Of a stretch of 64,000 nt of DNA, positions 33,839 to 45,011 are shown piece after piece (position 1 is the first letter of the stretch; every line of letters begins with the position of its first letter). The translations under genes and the position numbers were made by a program. Below the pieces are notes generated by a model. That model was given only the letters and a program-made list of their open reading frames with translations, searched no databases and had not been told where the DNA came from. Source of the stretch: Escherichia coli (GTDB lineage: Bacteria; Pseudomonadota; Gammaproteobacteria; Enterobacterales; Enterobacteriaceae); assembly GCF_046105845.1 (NCBI RefSeq), contig NZ_CP151004.1; one strand, written 5' to 3'.

Positions 33839-34654
33839 ATGGCGTTCAAATTCAAAACCTTTGCGGCAGTGGGAGCCCTGATTGGATCACTGGCACTGGT
33901 AGGCTGCGGTCAGGATGAAAAAGATCCAAACCACATTAAAGTCGGCGTGATTGTTGGTGCCGAACAGCAGGTTGCAGAAGTCGCGCAGAAAGTTGCGAAA
34001 GACAAATATGGCCTGGACGTTGAGCTGGTAACCTTCAACGACTATGTTCTGCCAAACGAAGCATTGAGCAAAGGCGATATCGACGCCAACGCCTTCCAGC
34101 ATAAACCGTACCTTGATCAGCAACTGAAAGATCGTGGCTACAAACTGGTCGCAGTAGGCAACACTTTTGTTTATCCGATTGCAGGTTACTCCAAGAAAAT
34201 CAAATCACTGGATGAACTGCAGGATGGTTCGCAGGTTGCCGTGCCAAACGACCCAACTAACCTTGGTCGTTCACTGCTGCTGCTGCAAAAAGTGGGCTTG
34301 ATCAAACTGAAAGATGGCGTTGGCCTGCTGCCGACCGTTCTTGATGTTGTTGAGAACCCAAAAAATCTGAAAATTGTTGAGCTGGAAGCACCGCAGCTGC
34401 CTCGCTCTCTGGACGACGCGCAAATCGCTCTGGCAGTTATCAATACCACCTATGCCAGCCAGATTGGCCTGACTCCGGCGAAAGACGGTATCTTTGTCGA
34501 AGATAAAGACTCCCCGTACGTAAACCTGATCGTGACGCGTGAAGATAACAAAGACGCCGAGAACGTGAAGAAATTCGTCCAGGCTTATCAGTCTGACGAA
34601 GTTTACGAAGCAGCAAACAAAGTGTTTAACGGCGGCGCTGTTAAAGGCTGGTAA
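33839..34654 (+). CDS. metQ: methionine ABC transporter substrate-binding lipoprotein
   Basis: 271-aa ORF with lipobox (LVGC). Synteny. Confidence 0.95.
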   Translation: MAFKFKTFAAVGALIGSLALVGCGQDEKDPNHIKVGVIVGAEQQVAEVAQKVAKDKYGLDVELVTFNDYVLPNEALSKGDIDANAFQHKPYLDQQLKDRGYKLVAVGNTFVYPIAGYSKKIKSLDELQDGSQVAVPNDPTNLGRSLLLLQKVGLIKLKDGVGLLPTVLDVVENPKNLKIVELEAPQLPRSLDDAQIALAVINTTYASQIGLTPAKDGIFVEDKDSPYVNLIVTREDNKDAENVKKFVQAYQSDEVYEAANKVFNGGAVKGW

Positions 34655-34691
34655 TTTTTAGGCTGTTTCCACAATTTGTAATATCATTCAG

Positions 34692-34720
34692 GACGGGCGC
34701 TTGCCCGTCTTGTCATTTTT
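34692..34720 (+). terminator. rho-independent terminator after metQ
   Basis: GACGGGC-GCTT-GCCCGTC hairpin followed by a T-rich tract. Confidence 0.7.
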
Positions 34721-34771
34721 ACAAGCTCCTGATTCAATATTGACGTTTTGATCATACATTGAGGAAATACT

Positions 34772-35176
34772 ATGCGTGCTTTACCGATCTGTTTAGTAGC
34801 ACTCATGCTAAGCGGCTGTTCCATGTTAAGCAGATCCCCTGTCGAACCCGTTCAAAGCACTGCACCCCAGCCGAAAGCGGAGCCTGCAAAACCGAAAGCG
34901 CCGCGCGCCACGCCGGTCCGAATTTATACCAATGCAGAAGAATTAGTCGGCAAACCGTTCCGCGATCTCGGTGAAGTCAGTGGCGACTCTTGCCAGGCCT
35001 CTAATCAGGACTCTCCGCCGAGCATTCCAACCGCACGTAAGCGGATGCAAATCAACGCCTCTAAAATGAAAGCCAATGCGGTATTACTGCATAGCTGCGA
35101 AGTCACCAGCGGTACGCCAGGTTGCTATCGTCAGGCTGTATGTATCGGTTCTGCGCTTAACATCACGGCGAAATGA
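34772..35176 (+). CDS. rcsF: outer-membrane lipoprotein RcsF (Rcs envelope-stress sensor)
   Basis: 134-aa ORF with lipobox (LSGC) and a sequence I recognise as RcsF. Confidence 0.95.
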   Translation: MRALPICLVALMLSGCSMLSRSPVEPVQSTAPQPKAEPAKPKAPRATPVRIYTNAEELVGKPFRDLGEVSGDSCQASNQDSPPSIPTARKRMQINASKMKANAVLLHSCEVTSGTPGCYRQAVCIGSALNITAK

Positions 35177-35880
35177 GCAGTTTCCAATTCGAGCAAATAG
35201 GCGTTATTCGCTCGCCCTATAAAGAAAAATTCGCCGTTCCGCGCCAGCCAGGTCTGGTAAAAAGCGCCAACGGCGAACTGCATCTCATTGCTCCCTACAA
35301 CCAGGCCGACGCCGTTCGCGGCCTGGAAGCGTTCAGCCATTTATGGATCCTTTTCGTCTTTCATCAAACGATGGAAGGCGGCTGGCGTCCGACTGTGCGT
35401 CCACCGCGCCTCGGCGGTAATACCAGAATGGGTGTTTTCGCTACGCGCTCCACTTTCCGCCCTAACCCGATTGGTATGTCGCTGGTAGAGCTGAAAGAGG
35501 TTGTTTGCCATAAAGACAGCGTGATTCTGAAGCTCGGCAGTCTGGATCTGGTAGATGGGACGCCGGTGGTGGATATCAAACCGTATCTCCCCTTTGCCGA
35601 ATCGCTTCCCGATGCCAGTGCCAGCTATGCGCAAAGTGCGCCAGCTGCAGAGATGGCGGTGAGTTTTACCGCAGAGGTCGAAAAGCAGCTTTTGACGCTG
35701 GAGAAGCGTTATCCGCAGTTAACGCTGTTTATCCGCGAAGTACTGGCGCAGGACCCGCGCCCGGCCTATCGTAAAGGTGAGGAAACGGGCAAAACCTATG
35801 CCGTCTGGCTGCATGATTTTAACGTTCGCTGGCGCGTCACCGACGCAGGTTTTGAAGTCTTTGCGCTGGAACCGCGTTAA
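35173..35880 (+). CDS. tsaA: tRNA (adenine37-N6)-methyltransferase TsaA (YaeB)
   Basis: 235-aa ORF overlapping the rcsF stop. Synteny. Confidence 0.9.
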   Translation: MSSFQFEQIGVIRSPYKEKFAVPRQPGLVKSANGELHLIAPYNQADAVRGLEAFSHLWILFVFHQTMEGGWRPTVRPPRLGGNTRMGVFATRSTFRPNPIGMSLVELKEVVCHKDSVILKLGSLDLVDGTPVVDIKPYLPFAESLPDASASYAQSAPAAEMAVSFTAEVEKQLLTLEKRYPQLTLFIREVLAQDPRPAYRKGEETGKTYAVWLHDFNVRWRVTDAGFEVFALEPR

Positions 35881-35990
35881 ATTCACGCCCTTCTCTTTTG
35901 ACATTTCTTTTGCACTGGTAAACTAAATCACTTTTTTTGTCCCAGGCTCACCTTGAGCCTGTTCTACCTTCCAACTGGAACCGTAACAAC

Positions 35991-37709
35991 ATGCGTACTA
36001 GCCAATACCTGCTCTCCACTCTCAAGGAGACACCTGCCGACGCCGAGGTGATCAGCCATCAGCTGATGCTGCGCGCCGGGATGATCCGCAAGCTGGCCTC
36101 CGGGTTATATACCTGGCTGCCGACCGGCGTGCGCGTTCTGAAAAAAGTCGAAAACATCGTGCGTGAAGAGATGAACAACGCCGGTGCGATCGAGGTGTCG
36201 ATGCCGGTGGTTCAGCCAGCCGATTTGTGGCAAGAGAGTGGTCGTTGGGAACAGTACGGTCCGGAACTGCTGCGTTTTGTTGACCGTGGCGAGCGTCCGT
36301 TCGTACTCGGCCCAACTCATGAAGAAGTTATTACAGACCTGATTCGTAACGAGCTGAGCTCTTACAAACAGCTGCCGCTGAACTTCTATCAGATCCAGAC
36401 CAAGTTCCGCGACGAAGTGCGTCCGCGTTTCGGCGTCATGCGTTCCCGCGAATTCCTGATGAAAGATGCTTACTCTTTCCATACTTCTCAGGAATCCTTA
36501 CAGGAAACCTACGATGCAATGTATGCGGCCTACAGCAAAATCTTCAGCCGCATGGGGCTGGATTTCCGCGCCGTACAGGCCGACACTGGTTCTATCGGCG
36601 GCAGCGCCTCTCATGAATTCCAGGTGCTGGCGCAGAGCGGTGAAGACGATGTGGTCTTCTCCGACACCTCTGACTATGCAGCGAACATTGAGCTGGCAGA
36701 AGCTATCGCGCCGAAAGAACCGCGCGCTGCTGCTACCCAGGAAATGACGCTGGTTGATACGCCGAACGCGAAGACCATCGCGGAACTGGTTGAACAGTTC
36801 AATCTGCCGATTGAGAAAACGGTTAAGACTCTGCTGGTTAAAGCGGTTGAAGGCAGTAGCTTCCCGCTGGTTGCGCTGCTGGTGCGCGGTGATCACGAGC
36901 TGAACGAAGTTAAAGCAGAAAAACTGCCGCAGGTTGCAAGCCCGCTGACTTTCGCGACCGAAGAAGAAATTCGTGCCGTGGTTAAAGCCGGTCCGGGTTC
37001 ACTGGGTCCGGTAAACATGCCGATTCCGGTGGTGATTGACCGTACCGTTGCGGCGATGAGTGATTTCGCTGCTGGTGCTAACATCGATGGTAAACACTAC
37101 TTCGGTATCAACTGGGATCGCGATGTCGCTACCCCGGAAATTGCTGATATCCGCAACGTGGTGGCTGGCGATCCAAGCCCGGATGGCCAGGGTACGCTGC
37201 TGATCAAACGTGGTATCGAAGTCGGTCACATCTTCCAGCTGGGTACCAAGTACTCCGAAGCACTGAAAGCCTCCGTTCAGGGTGAAGATGGCCGTAATCA
37301 AATCCTGACGATGGGTTGCTACGGTATCGGGGTAACGCGCGTTGTGGCTGCGGCAATTGAGCAGAACTATGACGAACGCGGCATCGTATGGCCTGACGCT
37401 ATCGCGCCGTTCCAGGTGGCGATTCTGCCGATGAACATGCACAAATCCTTCCGCGTACAGGAGCTGGCCGAGAAACTGTACAGCGAACTGCGTGCACAAG
37501 GTATCGAAGTGCTGCTGGATGACCGCAAAGAGCGTCCGGGCGTGATGTTTGCTGATATGGAACTGATCGGTATTCCGCACACTATTGTGCTGGGCGACCG
37601 TAACCTCGACAACGACGATATCGAATATAAATATCGTCGCAACGGCGAGAAACAGTTAATTAAGACTGGTGACATCGTCGAATATCTGGTGAAACAGATT
37701 AAAGGCTGA
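35991..37709 (+). CDS. proS: proline--tRNA ligase
   Basis: 572-aa product from [20 protein letters not shown]. The track ORF is extended 18 codons upstream. Confidence 0.96.
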   Translation: MRTSQYLLSTLKETPADAEVISHQLMLRAGMIRKLASGLYTWLPTGVRVLKKVENIVREEMNNAGAIEVSMPVVQPADLWQESGRWEQYGPELLRFVDRGERPFVLGPTHEEVITDLIRNELSSYKQLPLNFYQIQTKFRDEVRPRFGVMRSREFLMKDAYSFHTSQESLQETYDAMYAAYSKIFSRMGLDFRAVQADTGSIGGSASHEFQVLAQSGEDDVVFSDTSDYAANIELAEAIAPKEPRAAATQEMTLVDTPNAKTIAELVEQFNLPIEKTVKTLLVKAVEGSSFPLVALLVRGDHELNEVKAEKLPQVASPLTFATEEEIRAVVKAGPGSLGPVNMPIPVVIDRTVAAMSDFAAGANIDGKHYFGINWDRDVATPEIADIRNVVAGDPSPDGQGTLLIKRGIEVGHIFQLGTKYSEALKASVQGEDGRNQILTMGCYGIGVTRVVAAAIEQNYDERGIVWPDAIAPFQVAILPMNMHKSFRVQELAEKLYSELRAQGIEVLLDDRKERPGVMFADMELIGIPHTIVLGDRNLDNDDIEYKYRRNGEKQLIKTGDIVEYLVKQIKG

Positions 37710-37716
37710 TGCCAGA

Positions 37717-37746
37717 AAGGGTCCTGAATTTCAGGGCCCTTTTTTA
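37717..37746 (+). terminator. rho-independent terminator after proS
   Basis: GGGTCCTGAA/TTCAGGGCCC hairpin followed by a T-run. Confidence 0.8.
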
Positions 37747-37761
37747 CATGGACTGTATAAA

Positions 37762-38586
37762 ATGGATAAACCAAAGGCGCATTGCCGCCTGCTTCTCCCC
37801 TGCTTTCTTTTCCTTTCGGCCTGTACCGTAGATATCAGCCAGCCGGACTCATCAGCCACAGCGGTAGATGCCGGGGCGAAAACATGGGCAGTCAAATTCC
37901 AGCATCAAAGCTCTTTTACCGAACAATCAATAAAAGAAATAACGGAACCTGATCTCAAACCCGGCGATTTGCTGTTCTCCTCAAGCCTTGGGGTAACCTC
38001 ATTTGGAATCCGCGTCTTCAGCACTTCCTCTGTGAGTCACGTTGCAATCTATCTGGGTGAAAATAACGTTGCAGAAGCGACAGGCGCTGGCGTCCAGATT
38101 GTTTCCCTCAAAAAAGCGATGAAGCATAGCGATAAGCTTTTCGTCTTACGAGTCCCGGATCTTACCCCGCAACAAGCCACAGAAATCACCGCGTTCGCCA
38201 ACAAAATTAAAGATAGCGGTTACAACTATCGCGGCATTGTCGAATTTATTCCCTTTATGGTAACTCGCCAGATGTGCTCACTGAATCCGTTCTCCGAGGA
38301 TTTTCGTCAACAGTGCGTCAGCGGCCTGGCGAAAGCGCAGTTAAGCAGTGTGGGCGAAGGAGACAAAAAGTCGTGGTTTTGTTCGGAATTTGTCACTGAT
38401 GCATTTGCCAAAGCCGGGCATCCGCTTACCCTGGCGCAATCGGGCTGGATTAGTCCTGCCGACCTGATGCATATGCGTGTTGGTGATGTCTCTGCGTTTA
38501 AGCCAGAAACGCAGTTACAGTATGTTGGGCACCTGAAGCCAGGGATTTATATCAAGGCGGGTCGCTTTGTTGGGCTGACTCAGTGA
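37762..38586 (+). CDS. yaeF: putative lipoprotein YaeF (permuted papain-like/NlpC-P60-like family)
   Basis: 274-aa ORF with signal peptide and lipobox (LSAC). Synteny. Confidence 0.88.
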   Translation: MDKPKAHCRLLLPCFLFLSACTVDISQPDSSATAVDAGAKTWAVKFQHQSSFTEQSIKEITEPDLKPGDLLFSSSLGVTSFGIRVFSTSSVSHVAIYLGENNVAEATGAGVQIVSLKKAMKHSDKLFVLRVPDLTPQQATEITAFANKIKDSGYNYRGIVEFIPFMVTRQMCSLNPFSEDFRQQCVSGLAKAQLSSVGEGDKKSWFCSEFVTDAFAKAGHPLTLAQSGWISPADLMHMRVGDVSAFKPETQLQYVGHLKPGIYIKAGRFVGLTQ

Positions 38587-38588
38587 TG

Positions 38589-38613
38589 AAAGCCGGAGAA
38601 TGCTCCGGCTTTC
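38589..38613. terminator. bidirectional terminator between convergent yaeF and nlpE
   Basis: AAAGCCGGAG-AATG-CTCCGGCTTT hairpin. Confidence 0.7.
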
Positions 38614-38615
38614 AA

Positions 38616-39326
38616 TTACTGCCCCAAACTACTGCAATCCTGGTTCGGGTAAAATTTACCTGCCGTATCGGGCGCTAATACTTTGGTTGGCGCACCGGTA
38701 TCCGGATTAGCCTCAAGCGTAAAGTGACCTTCTACTGACAGTAACATCGGTTTTTCACTATGACCGCGCGCAGCCAGGTAGCTACGCTCCAGCTCTGCAT
38801 TATTCGCTACCATGAAACGTTTTCCGGTCGCGCAATCAGTGAAGGTCGCCGCATCAGCCATATAAAAATACATGCCCCGCAGGGTCATCGGCGTCATGGG
38901 TAAACTGGATTGTGCCGGTTCCAGCGTATAGTTGAACTGCGATTCAATCGGATTACCTTCACGATCGAGCATCTCCAGCGCATCTCCTTTCGCCCGATAA
39001 TATGACTTTTCACCTTTGCTGTCGGTTAATACCAGCTTGTCAGCGGTTCGCGCCCATGTACCGTAGGAAGCGAAAGAGGAAGGCTCTTCACGCGCACCAA
39101 GATAGCGTTCATTCATCACCCAGGTTCCATCTTTTTCGAGGAACAAAGAGGTTTCGATCCCTTCGCAATCGGCACACGGCAGCACGCCGCGCCAACTTTG
39201 CGGCATCGGTTTCAGTTCGGCAGCCTGCGCCGGAGAAAGCGTGTCGACTTCGGCCCGATTATTACATCCCATCAGAGTAAAGAGGCTGATTACAGCCATC
39301 GCTGTCACTATCGCTTTTTTCACCAT
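38616..39326 (-). CDS. nlpE: outer-membrane lipoprotein NlpE (CutF), Cpx-pathway activator
   Basis: 236-aa ORF with lipobox (LMGC) and CxxC motif. Synteny. Confidence 0.94.
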   Translation of the reverse strand: MVKKAIVTAMAVISLFTLMGCNNRAEVDTLSPAQAAELKPMPQSWRGVLPCADCEGIETSLFLEKDGTWVMNERYLGAREEPSSFASYGTWARTADKLVLTDSKGEKSYYRAKGDALEMLDREGNPIESQFNYTLEPAQSSLPMTPMTLRGMYFYMADAATFTDCATGKRFMVANNAELERSYLAARGHSEKPMLLSVEGHFTLEANPDTGAPTKVLAPDTAGKFYPNQDCSSLGQ

Positions 39327-39339
39327 CCATTCCTTCTTT

Positions 39340-39762
39340 TTATTCCCGACCGCTGCGCACTTTGCCGCGCATCGCCTTCACGCTTGATTTTTGTGCTTTC
39401 GATGCCAGCCTGCGCTCTTTTGATGCGCGGGTGGGCCGCGTGGGTCGTCGGGCTTTTTGTTCTGTTGTTAAATCTTTAATCACTGCCACCAGCCGGGCCA
39501 GCGCCGCTTCGCGGTTGAGCTCCTGACTGCGGTATTCCTGTGCCTTAATGACAATCACCCCATCACTGCTGATCAAGTGATGGCTGGCGGCGAGCAGACG
39601 TTCTTTGTAATACTCTGGCAGGCTGGACGCCCGAATGTCAAAACGCAGATGAATAGCCGTTGAGGTCTTATTAACATGCTGCCCGCCCGCGCCCTGCGCA
39701 CGAATGGCGGTGATCTCAAGCTCACCATCGGGGATAGCAACATGTCGGGAAATCACAATCAT
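39340..39762 (-). CDS. arfB: peptidyl-tRNA hydrolase ArfB (YaeJ), ribosome rescue factor
   Basis: 140-aa ORF with GGQ motif and a basic C-terminal tail. Confidence 0.94.
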   Translation of the reverse strand: MIVISRHVAIPDGELEITAIRAQGAGGQHVNKTSTAIHLRFDIRASSLPEYYKERLLAASHHLISSDGVIVIKAQEYRSQELNREAALARLVAVIKDLTTEQKARRPTRPTRASKERRLASKAQKSSVKAMRGKVRSGRE

Positions 39763-40304
39763 GAAGGTTGTTGCCAGACAGTTAAGTTCACTTCCAGATT
39801 ATTCTTATCATCCGATAACCAGATCACGCCATCCTGAATCGTTGCCTGCAGCGTCATGGTACGATCGGCAAAGGCGCTTACTTTCGCCAGTTGTTCATCG
39901 TCCAGATACCAGATGGAAAGATTGGCAAACTGCGCACATTTGCTCTGATTTTGCTGCCACCAGATTTGCGCCGCCCGACTATTATAGGCAAACAGTGCCA
40001 CTTCTGCGGCCTGGGTGCAGGCTTTCTTAATCCGCCGCTCATCCGGCAGCCCCAGCTCGATCCACAAATCAATGCCCAAATGATCGTTACGCAGCCACGC
40101 TTCCGGCTCATCATCGGCACACAAACCACGGGTAAATTGCAGACGTTCATCAGCATATTTCAGCCACGCCAGCAGGCGCAGCATCATGCGCTCCTGGGTT
40201 TCTGAAGGGTGGCGCGCCAGCGTCAGAGAGGCATCGAGAAACTGGTTGCGGTCGAGATCGGCCACATTAACCGTCGCTTTATAAATTGTCGCTTTAAGCG
40301 CCAT
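39759..40304 (-). CDS. yaeQ: YaeQ family protein
   Basis: 181-aa ORF. Sequence and synteny. Start overlaps the arfB stop by 4 bp. Confidence 0.9.
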   Translation of the reverse strand: MALKATIYKATVNVADLDRNQFLDASLTLARHPSETQERMMLRLLAWLKYADERLQFTRGLCADDEPEAWLRNDHLGIDLWIELGLPDERRIKKACTQAAEVALFAYNSRAAQIWWQQNQSKCAQFANLSIWYLDDEQLAKVSAFADRTMTLQATIQDGVIWLSDDKNNLEVNLTVWQQPS

Positions 40305-40469
40305 AAGAAAACTCCTTTCGAATCAGGAGGCCATTGTAACGGAATACGTGCAGATGCGGCGCTGATATTGCAGAAATGAGTGTGGTATAGTCACCTTGCG
40401 AAACAGAGTTTATCTTCGTAGGCTTAGACTTGCATCCACGGTTAAGTCAGAGTGCTGACAGGAGGGCAT

Positions 40470-40670
40470 GTGGAAAAATATTGTGAGTTAATACGCAAGC
40501 GGTACGCGGAAATCGCCAGCGGAGACTTAGGATACGTTCCGGACGCGCTGGGCTGCGTTTTGAAAGTGCTGAATGAAATGGCTGCCGACGACGCCCTTTC
40601 TGAGGCTGTCAGGGAAAAAGCAGCATACGCTGCGGCAAACTTACTGGTGAGCGATTATGTCAATGAATGA
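40470..40670 (+). CDS. yaeP: YaeP (UPF0253 family small protein)
   Basis: 66-aa product ([27 protein letters not shown]...) from a GTG start preceded by AGGAGGG. The track ORF starts 6 codons upstream. Confidence 0.85.
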
Positions 40671-40917
40671 TACGTATCAACCAATCAATTGTGATGATTA
40701 CGATAATCTTGAGCTCGCCTGCCAGCATCATTTAATGCTGACACTTGAGCTGAAAGATGGCGAAAAATTGCAGGCGAAGGCCAGCGATTTAGTCTCCCGC
40801 AAAAATGTGGAGTATCTGGTCGTCGAGGCCGCTGGTACAACCCGCGAGCTGCGTCTGGATAAAATTACCAGCTTTAGCCACCCGGAAATCGGTACGGTGG
40901 TGGTGAGCGAGTCCTGA
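40663..40917 (+). CDS. rof: Rho-binding antiterminator Rof (YaeO)
   Basis: 84-aa product [43 protein letters not shown]. Overlaps the yaeP stop. Confidence 0.93.
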
Positions 40918-40926
40918 TTGACTTTT

Positions 40927-40957
40927 GCCGGATGCGACGTTTGATGCGTATCCGGCC
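40927..40957. repeat. REP (repetitive extragenic palindromic) element
   Basis: GCCGGATGCGACGTTTGATGCGTATCCGGCC is close to the REP consensus. Lies between rof and tilS. Confidence 0.75.
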
Positions 40958-40965
40958 TTCACTGA

Positions 40966-42261
40966 CTAACCATTTCTCTGCCAGACAAAACTGACGCCAT
41001 TCTCACCTTCAGCCACACCTTCTTGCGTCACAAATACCCCTGCCGCCGCAATCAACGTTTCGCCATAAAACAGCAGTGGCGTGGTGTCACGTAGCCACGG
41101 CGGCACACCCAGCTCTTGCCAGATTTTCTTCAGCTTACGTCCGCCGTTGCGCCCGATAATATGCAGCAATCCTGGCGCTTTGAAACGCACGCTGACCGCT
41201 TCGTCTGCACGCGGAGGGCGAATATCGCCTCCCGCAGTAAGCTGTACACTTCCCAGTCCCGCCGGTAATTCCAGCGGTTGTAGCCACGTCTGCCACGGCA
41301 CAATGGTTTCGCTTTGCCCGGCAACGGATTTAATCCACCACAGTTGCGACTGATAGCGGCGGATTTCAAACGCGCCCAGACGTAAACAGGGGGAAGCATC
41401 TTCCCGCGCCAGCGCCACTTCCTGCCAGATCCTCACCAACGCGTCGCGGGAAGGCATCGGTGCATTCTTCCCTGCCAGCCAGCGGCGGATAATCGCCGCG
41501 CGGCGGGCATCACTCATCGCCAGCATTGGCGCAATCTGCAGCGTCCCCTGCGGCTTTTGACAGTGCGCTATATCATCCGCCAGCAGTTCATCTAACAGGC
41601 TCTCTTGTTCAGCGCAAAGCGCAGCGCTGCGGGCCGTTGCTTCGGCAAAATGCGGCCAACGCTGCTGCAATAACGGCACCACGCGCAGGCGCAGGAAGTT
41701 ACGATCGTAGCTATCATCCTGATTACTTTCGTCTTCAATCCAGCGTAAATCATACTGACGCGCCCACTGCACCAGTTCTCCCCGCGTGCGGGCGAGCAAC
41801 GGGCGGATAAGCCGTGTTCCGGCAAACTCCGAAACTTCCCCCATAGCCGAAAGCCCGGCAGGGCCGCTACCGCGTTTTAGCGCCAGCAGAAAGGTTTCGC
41901 ATTGATCGTCGAGATGTTGCGCGGTGACCAGCACTTCACCGGGCAACAAGGTGCGGGCAAATGCCTGATAACGCGCCTGCCGCGCCTGGGCCTCAATACC
42001 CAGTCCTTCTTGCGCAAGTTGCACGCGCTCGACCACCAGCGGCACCTGCCACTGTTGGCAGATGTTCTCGCAATGCCTAACCCAGGCATCGGCATTGGCA
42101 CTTAAACCGTGATGCACATGGATAGCGCGCAGAGTGACGCCCGGATTTTCCGTCCGCCACTGCACCAACTGATGCAGCATAACGGTGGAGTCAAGCCCGC
42201 CGCTAAAGGCCACCAGAATCTGGCGTGAGGAGAGAAGTTGTCTATTGAGCGTGAGTGTCAT
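40966..42261 (-). CDS. tilS: tRNA(Ile)-lysidine synthetase
   Basis: 431-aa ORF with PP-loop motif SGGLDS near the N-terminus. Synteny. Confidence 0.94.
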   Translation of the reverse strand: MTLTLNRQLLSSRQILVAFSGGLDSTVMLHQLVQWRTENPGVTLRAIHVHHGLSANADAWVRHCENICQQWQVPLVVERVQLAQEGLGIEAQARQARYQAFARTLLPGEVLVTAQHLDDQCETFLLALKRGSGPAGLSAMGEVSEFAGTRLIRPLLARTRGELVQWARQYDLRWIEDESNQDDSYDRNFLRLRVVPLLQQRWPHFAEATARSAALCAEQESLLDELLADDIAHCQKPQGTLQIAPMLAMSDARRAAIIRRWLAGKNAPMPSRDALVRIWQEVALAREDASPCLRLGAFEIRRYQSQLWWIKSVAGQSETIVPWQTWLQPLELPAGLGSVQLTAGGDIRPPRADEAVSVRFKAPGLLHIIGRNGGRKLKKIWQELGVPPWLRDTTPLLFYGETLIAAAGVFVTQEGVAEGENGVSFVWQRNG

Positions 42262-42325
42262 GATGATGCGATTTTACAGTAGCAATGCCCGGCACGTTAC
42301 CGGGCAAATGCGGCGATGACAAGCC

Positions 42326-42715
42326 TTACTGCTCATACAGTTCCAACGGCAGCCCGTCCGGATCGTTAAAGAACGTGAAGCGTTTTTGCGTGTATGGATC
42401 GACACGGATGGCTTCACACTTCACGTTATGGCTTTCAAGGTGCGCCACTGCCGCATCGATATCATCAACGCTAAAAGCCAGATGACGCAGGCCGCAAGCT
42501 TCCGGTCGGCTGGGGCGCTCCGGCGGGAACGGAAATGAGAAAAGCTCAATCACATATTGCCCATTAAGCGCCAAATCCCCTTTCCACGAGTCGCGCGCTT
42601 CGCGATAGACTTCGCTTTGCAGCGTGAAACCAAGAATATCGCAGTAGAAAGCTTTGCTCACCGCATAATCCGTCGCAATAATCGCAATATGGTGAACCTG
42701 TTTTAAACCCAGCAT
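42326..42715 (-). CDS. yaeR: VOC/glyoxalase-family protein YaeR
   Basis: 129-aa product from MLGLKQVHHIAIIATDY. The track ORF is extended 9 codons upstream. Confidence 0.88.
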   Translation of the reverse strand: MLGLKQVHHIAIIATDYAVSKAFYCDILGFTLQSEVYREARDSWKGDLALNGQYVIELFSFPFPPERPSRPEACGLRHLAFSVDDIDAAVAHLESHNVKCEAIRVDPYTQKRFTFFNDPDGLPLELYEQ

Positions 42716-42771
42716 AACGTCTCCTTTATTTGTTAACAGCACGTTACTCGCCCGGAAGCCGCTCTGGCAAG

Positions 42772-44913
42772 TTATCCCGCCATTTTTAGGACTCGTACGC
42801 GGTAAACGCCGTCTTCGTCCTGTTTCGCGCCGTGAATATCCGTTTCAAAACCGGGGTAATGTTGCCCTACGGAACAAAGCATCAGTAGAAAATCGAGTAC
42901 TGTGCAGCTCTCTTTGGTCAGCATTTCTCCTGGCATCAGCAGCGGTACGCCCGGTGGATAAGGCAGGATCATATTTGCCGACACCCTACCAACCAGTTGT
43001 TCTAGCGCAATGGTTTCTACTTCGCCTTTAATCTGCCTCTGCCATGCCTGATGTGGCGTCATGATCATCTCCGGCAAGGTATCGAATGCCCGCAACATCA
43101 AACCGGGAAGATCGTGTTTACGAATCAGCTTATGGATCCCTTGCGCCAGATCCTGAATACGCATATTGCGGTAGAAATCGGGATCTTCTGCATAGAGATC
43201 GGGTAGCATATTTTTGATCCGCAGGTTGAGATCGTAAGAGCGTTTGAATTCCGTCAACCCACGCAATAATCCCATTGCCTTGGTTTTATCGATGCCAATA
43301 CTAAAAAGAAACAGCAGGTTATACGGGCCGGTTTTCTCTACTACGATCCCACGTTCGTCGAGGAATTTTGCCACCAGCGCCGCCGGGATCCCCTCCTCGC
43401 TCATATTGCCCTGCTCGTCCATCCCCGGTGTCAAAATAGTGACTTTAACCGGATCGAGAAACATATGATCGGCATCCGCATCGTTAAAGCCGTGCCACCG
43501 TTCGCCTGGCGCAACGGGCCAGCATTCGGCTTCATCCACCTGCGGCGGTTGCCAGATATCAAAAAACCAGCCGTCAGACTCTTCCCGCAGCCGCTGGACC
43601 TCTTTGCGAAAATGCAGCGCTCGTTCTACTGAACGGTTAATCAGCCGTTTGCCCGGATTACCACGCAGCATCGCCGCCGCCGTCTCAACCGAAGCAACAA
43701 TGGGATAACTGGGCGAGGTGGTGGTATGCATCATAAAGGCTTCGTTAAACGCCTCTTCGTCGTACTCACCTTTAATGTGGATCAGCGAAGCCTGGGACAA
43801 CGCCGCCAGCATTTTGTGGGTCGATTGCGTTTCGAAGATCACTTTTCCCGCAACACGCTCGCCGCTCATACCACTTTTCCCCTGGTAGATCGGATGAAAA
43901 TGGGTGTACGGCACCCAGGCGGAATCGAAGTGGATCGACGGGACATCCAGCGTCTGTTTGATCCAGTCGGTGTTGTAGAGCAAGCCATCATAGGTTGAGT
44001 TGGTGATCACCGCATGAACCGGCCATTGTGCCTGCGTGGTGGCAGCGACTTTCTCTTCGATGCTGTCGCGAGTAAATTCACGGCGCGGGATCCCACCAAG
44101 AATCCCCAACGCATTACGCGTCGGTTTCAGCCAGACTGGCACTACATCGTTCATCATCAACAGATGCGCCAGCGATTTATGACAATTGCGGTCGATCAAC
44201 AGCGTACTGCCGGATGGCGCGGCGTACATACCCACAATTTTGTTAGACGTCGATGTTCCGTTGGTAACGATATAACTCTGTTCCGCGCCAAAAGTCCGGG
44301 CGATGTACTCTTCCGCTTCCAGGTGTGGCCCGGTGTGGTCGAGCAACGAACCAAGCTCGGTAACCGAAATAGAGACATCAGCCTTAAGAGTATTCCCGCC
44401 GAAAAAATCATAAAACAGACAGCCAACCGGGCTTTTTTGATATGCGGTGCCGCCCATATGACCCGGCGTACAAAAGGTGTACTTCCGCTCTTTGACGTAG
44501 GTAAACAAGGCTTTCGTGAACGGCGGTGTAATGTTATCAAGATATTCGTTGGTGTACTGACGAATACGAATGGCGATATCTTCCGCCTGCCCCAGCGCAT
44601 ATTCAAAAAACCAGAGCGCCATCCGCATATCCTGCACGCTGACATCCATCGTCGAGTGGGTGTTGATGAAGGCATAAAGCGGGAGATATTCATTAAGCTG
44701 ATTGATATCGCTACATAAATCGAGACTGTACTCATCCCAGTCAAAAATCACGCCGCAAATTCGTGGGTTATGTTCGATAAACTTCAGCAAATCAACGCTG
44801 TTCTGTGGCCAGATAACCTGAAAGCCTTGCGCCACCAGCGCCGACTCCAGTTCTTTGATGGGCTCATCTTTATAAAAGACGCCATGCGGTCCCATAATGG
44901 CAATGATGTTCAT
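42772..44913 (-). CDS. ldcC: constitutive lysine decarboxylase
   Basis: 713-aa Orn/Lys/Arg decarboxylase sequence. Synteny upstream of accA. Confidence 0.95.
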   Translation of the reverse strand: MNIIAIMGPHGVFYKDEPIKELESALVAQGFQVIWPQNSVDLLKFIEHNPRICGVIFDWDEYSLDLCSDINQLNEYLPLYAFINTHSTMDVSVQDMRMALWFFEYALGQAEDIAIRIRQYTNEYLDNITPPFTKALFTYVKERKYTFCTPGHMGGTAYQKSPVGCLFYDFFGGNTLKADVSISVTELGSLLDHTGPHLEAEEYIARTFGAEQSYIVTNGTSTSNKIVGMYAAPSGSTLLIDRNCHKSLAHLLMMNDVVPVWLKPTRNALGILGGIPRREFTRDSIEEKVAATTQAQWPVHAVITNSTYDGLLYNTDWIKQTLDVPSIHFDSAWVPYTHFHPIYQGKSGMSGERVAGKVIFETQSTHKMLAALSQASLIHIKGEYDEEAFNEAFMMHTTTSPSYPIVASVETAAAMLRGNPGKRLINRSVERALHFRKEVQRLREESDGWFFDIWQPPQVDEAECWPVAPGERWHGFNDADADHMFLDPVKVTILTPGMDEQGNMSEEGIPAALVAKFLDERGIVVEKTGPYNLLFLFSIGIDKTKAMGLLRGLTEFKRSYDLNLRIKNMLPDLYAEDPDFYRNMRIQDLAQGIHKLIRKHDLPGLMLRAFDTLPEMIMTPHQAWQRQIKGEVETIALEQLVGRVSANMILPYPPGVPLLMPGEMLTKESCTVLDFLLMLCSVGQHYPGFETDIHGAKQDEDGVYRVRVLKMAG

Positions 44914-44967
44914 GTGTTCCTCCTGGAAAATCCTTCCTTAATCATAGCCTGCTCAAACCGTGGCGAT

Positions 44968-44996
44968 AAAAAAGGGCCACCGAAGTGACCCCTTTT
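44968..44996 (-). terminator. putative terminator downstream of accA
   Basis: On the minus strand an imperfect hairpin (GGGTCAC...GTGGCCC) followed by six T. Confidence 0.5.
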
Positions 44997-45011
44997 CAGA
45001 ACATTTGCGAA

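Noticed and set aside
42262-42325. GCCCGGCACGTTACCGGGC palindrome between tilS and yaeR as a terminator
   Set aside because: No adjacent T-run on either strand. At most a weak structural element.
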